DNA of 10,409 nucleotides from Promethearchaeota archaeon (lineage in GTDB: Archaea; Asgardarchaeota; Hermodarchaeia; Hermodarchaeales; Hermodarchaeaceae), in assembly GCA_048939625.1 (NCBI GenBank), contig JBHLPH010000047.1, positions 1 to 10,409 on the forward strand, in the 5' to 3' direction. Within the stretch, counting starts at the first letter, position 1. Each line of letters begins with the position of its first letter. Shown piece by piece: positions 7,728 through 10,409 of this stretch. Under the pieces are notes generated by a model. That model made no database searches, had not been told where the DNA came from, and saw only the letters and a program-made list of their open reading frames with translations. The position numbers and the translations under genes are program-made.

Positions 7728-7742
7728 GCTCTTAAAGTTTTC
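7728..7742 (-). promoter_or_regulatory. Putative BRE/TATA promoter of the second zinc-ribbon gene
   Basis: Minus strand GAAAACTTTAAGAGC, ending 35 bp from ATG 7693. Confidence 0.62.
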
Positions 7743-7753
7743 AGGTTCAAGAG

Positions 7754-7766
7754 AAAAAGCACAATT
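7754..7766 (-). terminator. Putative oligo-T terminator after the DUF2299 gene
   Basis: Minus strand AATTGTGCTTTTT, about 10 bp after stop 7776. Confidence 0.4.
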
Positions 7767-7775
7767 CGGCGAGGG

Positions 7776-8297
7776 CTAGGCGTAAAATTCTGGTTGTTGA
7801 TGGCTACCAGTAGGTATTCCGAAATTATGCCCAAATGTCCAAATGACAAACAGCATACTCCGAAAGACCTCATCAATGGCTTCCATAAGAGTCGTCTTTG
7901 TCAGATTATCATGGAGTAATCGCATCTGAAATTGCACCGCATCCCAGACCCCATCATTCTCCTTAACGGAAAAGCCTGGACGTCGGGAAAGCAGCCGGAG
8001 TTTCAGCTCGTGAAGTAGAGGTTTACGCTTCTCAGAGGCAAGCTTTGCGAGTGCATTCCTATGTGATGGTGCCACGCGTAGTATTGAAACGATGAGGATG
8101 CCATCTTTCATGTCCCGGGGTTTTACTATCTCAATATGATAAGGTGAACCCACAGGATAGTTAATGCCAAAATGGAATGCAGCTTTCGTGTCATCAACCT
8201 CTTTACGAAACATTCCTTCTTCAGCTAACCAGTTGTAGACCTTTTGTTTCCACTCATTTACTTCATTTGCAGGTTTAGAGGTTTTTGACACAATCAT
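7776..8297 (-). CDS. DUF2299-family archaeal protein
   Basis: The pattern VYNWLAEEG..FHFGINYP..IEIVKP..VAPSH..L and the C-terminal LTKTTLMEAIDEVFRS..VIW match my recollection of DUF2299 proteins; size is appropriate. Confidence 0.78.
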   Translation of the reverse strand: MIVSKTSKPANEVNEWKQKVYNWLAEEGMFRKEVDDTKAAFHFGINYPVGSPYHIEIVKPRDMKDGILIVSILRVAPSHRNALAKLASEKRKPLLHELKLRLLSRRPGFSVKENDGVWDAVQFQMRLLHDNLTKTTLMEAIDEVFRSMLFVIWTFGHNFGIPTGSHQQPEFYA

Positions 8298-8397
8298 CCT
8301 ATCCAGAGGTGTTTAGTAGTGTTTCATCAAGGTAGAGTAAATAAGAACCTTTCTTCTCTAACGAAGAACCTTCGATTAATAGCCAGAATAAGTTTCC

Positions 8398-8784
8398 TCA
8401 AACGAGAAGCCGGATTCGAGCTGGACGCCTGGGATTTATCTCTGCCACTCCGACGAAAGCGAGGACGGCTGCAAATTGGCTCGCAGAACTGGCGCCAGTT
8501 GTATGTTCACGAACGACCGCGGCAAGAGTTCCAGCTTTGGGTTGTCCAGTCGTGGCTCCAATTTTCATCCAACCATTAGGAGGAAGGAATTTAAATTCCT
8601 TGACGAGATCATCGACTGTGTTCATTTGGATTGCTACGCGGGATTTCTTCTCTCCTACACGAAAGACCAGCTCAAGCGGAGTAATGGATTCGATTACAAA
8701 TTCTGCTCCACCCACTGTTTTGAGGGCTTTTCCTTCTGTAAGTTTATTTCGAATGGCTTGACGAATGGTATCAGACTGAATCAT
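8398..8784 (-). CDS. Hypothetical soluble protein, 128 aa
   Basis: ATG start with GGAG ~11 nt upstream, globular amino-acid composition, same orientation as the downstream genes; no family recognised. Confidence 0.75.
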   Translation of the reverse strand: MIQSDTIRQAIRNKLTEGKALKTVGGAEFVIESITPLELVFRVGEKKSRVAIQMNTVDDLVKEFKFLPPNGWMKIGATTGQPKAGTLAAVVREHTTGASSASQFAAVLAFVGVAEINPRRPARIRLLV

Positions 8785-9011
8785 TTCATTTTCGACTCCG
8801 ATTTCCCTTTATTATTATCCTGATTCCTTTTCAGACTTACTCCAACCGACAAAATGAAAACGAACTGGCTAGTTCGAATAATCCGCGGTTTTCCGCATTT
8901 AGTAGAGAATTCCGAACTCATTGTATCCCGAGAATAAATAACCGATTTCATGCTCAGAAGAAATGTTTGGCAGTATTCTCTGTTGTATACAAATGGGTTG
9001 GAGTGTATAAA

Positions 9012-9770
9012 TTGACACTAATAAATCGATACCACTCTTTGATTTTTATGCTTGGCGTTCTAGCACTTCTCGTTAGTTTTCTTGCTGTTCAGCCATTAAC
9101 GTGTACTGCGGCACTTGTGTGGACAGATGATTTCGATGATGGGAACTTTGATGACTGGACAATTAGCCAAGGCGATTTCACAGCAGCTGATAATAGCCTC
9201 CGTGCAACAGCAGCAGGATGGAACTTTGCCATCCATTCAAGTACTGTAGCTTATGGGCGATGGATCTTCGATGTTGAAGCAACAGAAACTCCATCTGATC
9301 ATTTCTATGTTTATCTTATGAGTTATATTGGGAGTAATTATCGATTCTCGATTTTTACAGATGCCTTCCCTGGTTGGAGCGTTGGCGATGAATTCACACT
9401 ACTCAAGCAGCAAGGTACTACAACTGTCCCCATTGCTGAGTTCATCCCCGTAGGAGATATCACTGGATGGTACCATTTCGAAGTTCATCGCAATAACACA
9501 GGACACTTCGAAGTCTATATCAATGGAGTGCTGCGCATGCAGGTCCTAGACAATGATATTACACAGTCTAGCACCTTCCAATTTGCGACCGAAATCGGCC
9601 CTGGAATCGATAACGTCGAAATCCACAATTGGATAGAAGAACCCACAACACCGCCCCCAGGCAGCCCCAGTCTTCCCTGGTTTATTATTCCAGTAGTCGT
9701 GGTTGTTGTCCTTGTCGTAATTCTGAGTGTAATTTTGTGGTTTCGAAAACAAAAGAAAGGAGGATTGTAG
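9012..9770 (+). CDS. Secreted, C-terminally membrane-anchored beta-rich protein (ConA-like/LamG-like fold suspected)
   Basis: Signal-peptide-like N-terminus (TTG 9012 after GGAG at 9000-9003; TTG 8967 or ATG 9048 possible), WTDDFDDG..W start, WYHFEVHR..FEVYING and GIDNVEI strands, Pro/Thr linker, TM helix, RKQKK stop-transfer. Confidence 0.82.
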   Translation: MTLINRYHSLIFMLGVLALLVSFLAVQPLTCTAALVWTDDFDDGNFDDWTISQGDFTAADNSLRATAAGWNFAIHSSTVAYGRWIFDVEATETPSDHFYVYLMSYIGSNYRFSIFTDAFPGWSVGDEFTLLKQQGTTTVPIAEFIPVGDITGWYHFEVHRNNTGHFEVYINGVLRMQVLDNDITQSSTFQFATEIGPGIDNVEIHNWIEEPTTPPPGSPSLPWFIIPVVVVVVLVVILSVILWFRKQKKGGL

Positions 9771-9776
9771 AGTCGG

Positions 9777-9783
9777 TTTTTTT
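9777..9783 (+). terminator. Oligo-T (T7) terminator
   Basis: Seven consecutive T starting 7 bp after stop 9770, in a convergent junction. Confidence 0.55.
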
Positions 9784-9830
9784 AAGCTCTGACAATCCCA
9801 TTGCAAAGGATTAGTGTTTATTCGAAGACT

Positions 9831-10352
9831 TCATTCGGCAAGGCTTGCTCCACACACGCCACAAAATTCGGCGTTCGGATTCGTGACAGGGTTTCCGCAT
9901 GCTGAACAATACTTCACGCCTTTTTCAGGCTTTGAGGGGACTTGTTTCACTGTGGTGGGTGGTGGAGTGGGTATTGATGAGCTGGGAGCAATGGCTCCTG
10001 CAATAATGACTAGGATTCCCGGAAGTATACCGGAAAAGAGGAGTGCTATGATGCCAGAGATGATGAGACCAACTTTGTGTTGGCTTGGACTGCTACGCCA
10101 CATAAACCAGAGAATAGTAAAGATTAGCGCGAAAGCAGTCATGACTACAAACAGTACTGCTATGCTTGCCATGACTGCGATGAATTCAGCAAGGGGAGGT
10201 GATCCCGGAGGGAGCATTGATGGTGGTATTGAGGGTAGAGCTGCTAATACTAATGCAAAGAGCCCCGTTAGCCCGGCTAGCACAAAGAAGAAGATGAGCT
10301 GGAGCACAGCGGCAACGAGGACCAGTGTTGAGGATGTTCCTTCATCAGCCAT
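9831..10352 (-). CDS. Membrane protein (3-4 TM) with C-terminal zinc ribbon, 173 aa
   Basis: Start reassigned to ATG 10352 (MADEG), RBS GGAGGT at 10366-10361. Pro-rich loops, GILVIIAGAI helix, terminal YCSACG..FCGVCGASL. Confidence 0.87.
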   Translation of the reverse strand: MADEGTSSTLVLVAAVLQLIFFFVLAGLTGLFALVLAALPSIPPSMLPPGSPPLAEFIAVMASIAVLFVVMTAFALIFTILWFMWRSSPSQHKVGLIISGIIALLFSGILPGILVIIAGAIAPSSSIPTPPPTTVKQVPSKPEKGVKYCSACGNPVTNPNAEFCGVCGASLAE

Positions 10353-10409
10353 AATATGGAACCTCCGATGAGTTCCTATGCATTGCACTGAATCTGGATA
10401 CATAAAATT

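Noticed and set aside
7694-7876. N-terminal extensions given by the ORF track (also 4855-4932, 6574-6615, 10353-10403)
   Set aside because: They run through promoters or neighbouring genes; downstream ATGs have better RBSs or stop/start overlaps.
8299-8400. Read-through of TGA 8398-8400 (selenocysteine) towards DUF2299
   Set aside because: The frame reaches TAG just before the DUF2299 start, there is no redox motif around the TGA and no SECIS was recognised.
174-8945. AAATAACCGA upstream of two + strand genes (174-183 and 8936-8945)
   Set aside because: AT-rich 10-mer at inconsistent distances from the starts; insufficient support.
9814-10371. 185-aa + strand ORF, and the other short overlapping ORFs (e.g. 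4577-4849, 8476-8823, 2466-2747)
   Set aside because: Antisense or out-of-frame shadows of better-supported genes, with no recognisable motifs.

Overview
Gene-dense archaeal-looking window: BRE/TATA-like promoters, GGAGG/GGTGA ribosome-binding sites (RBS), oligo-T terminators, a DUF2299 gene and zinc-ribbon membrane proteins. The style suggests Asgard or Bathyarchaeia, but the taxon cannot be fixed from sequence alone. Left to right: the 3' end of corA; a coupled asymmetric heterodimeric ABC exporter pair; a minus-strand operon (zinc-ribbon membrane protein plus a 4-TM protein); a ~350-bp divergent intergenic region; a BchE-like cobalamin-dependent radical SAM gene coupled to a Cys/His-rich membrane protein; a second, paralogous zinc-ribbon membrane gene; DUF2299; a 128-aa orphan; a membrane-anchored beta-rich surface protein; and a third zinc-ribbon membrane gene. 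No mobile element, CRISPR array, tRNA or rRNA is supported. The most interesting unexplained signals are (i) a candidate ~100-nt pseudoknotted non-coding RNA at ~4984-5083 with its own TATA box and terminator, and (ii) two 109-aa zinc-ribbon paralogs with the same promoter octamer at the same distance from their start codons, bracketing the radical SAM operon. All pairings and family calls were made by eye; nothing was computed or searched.
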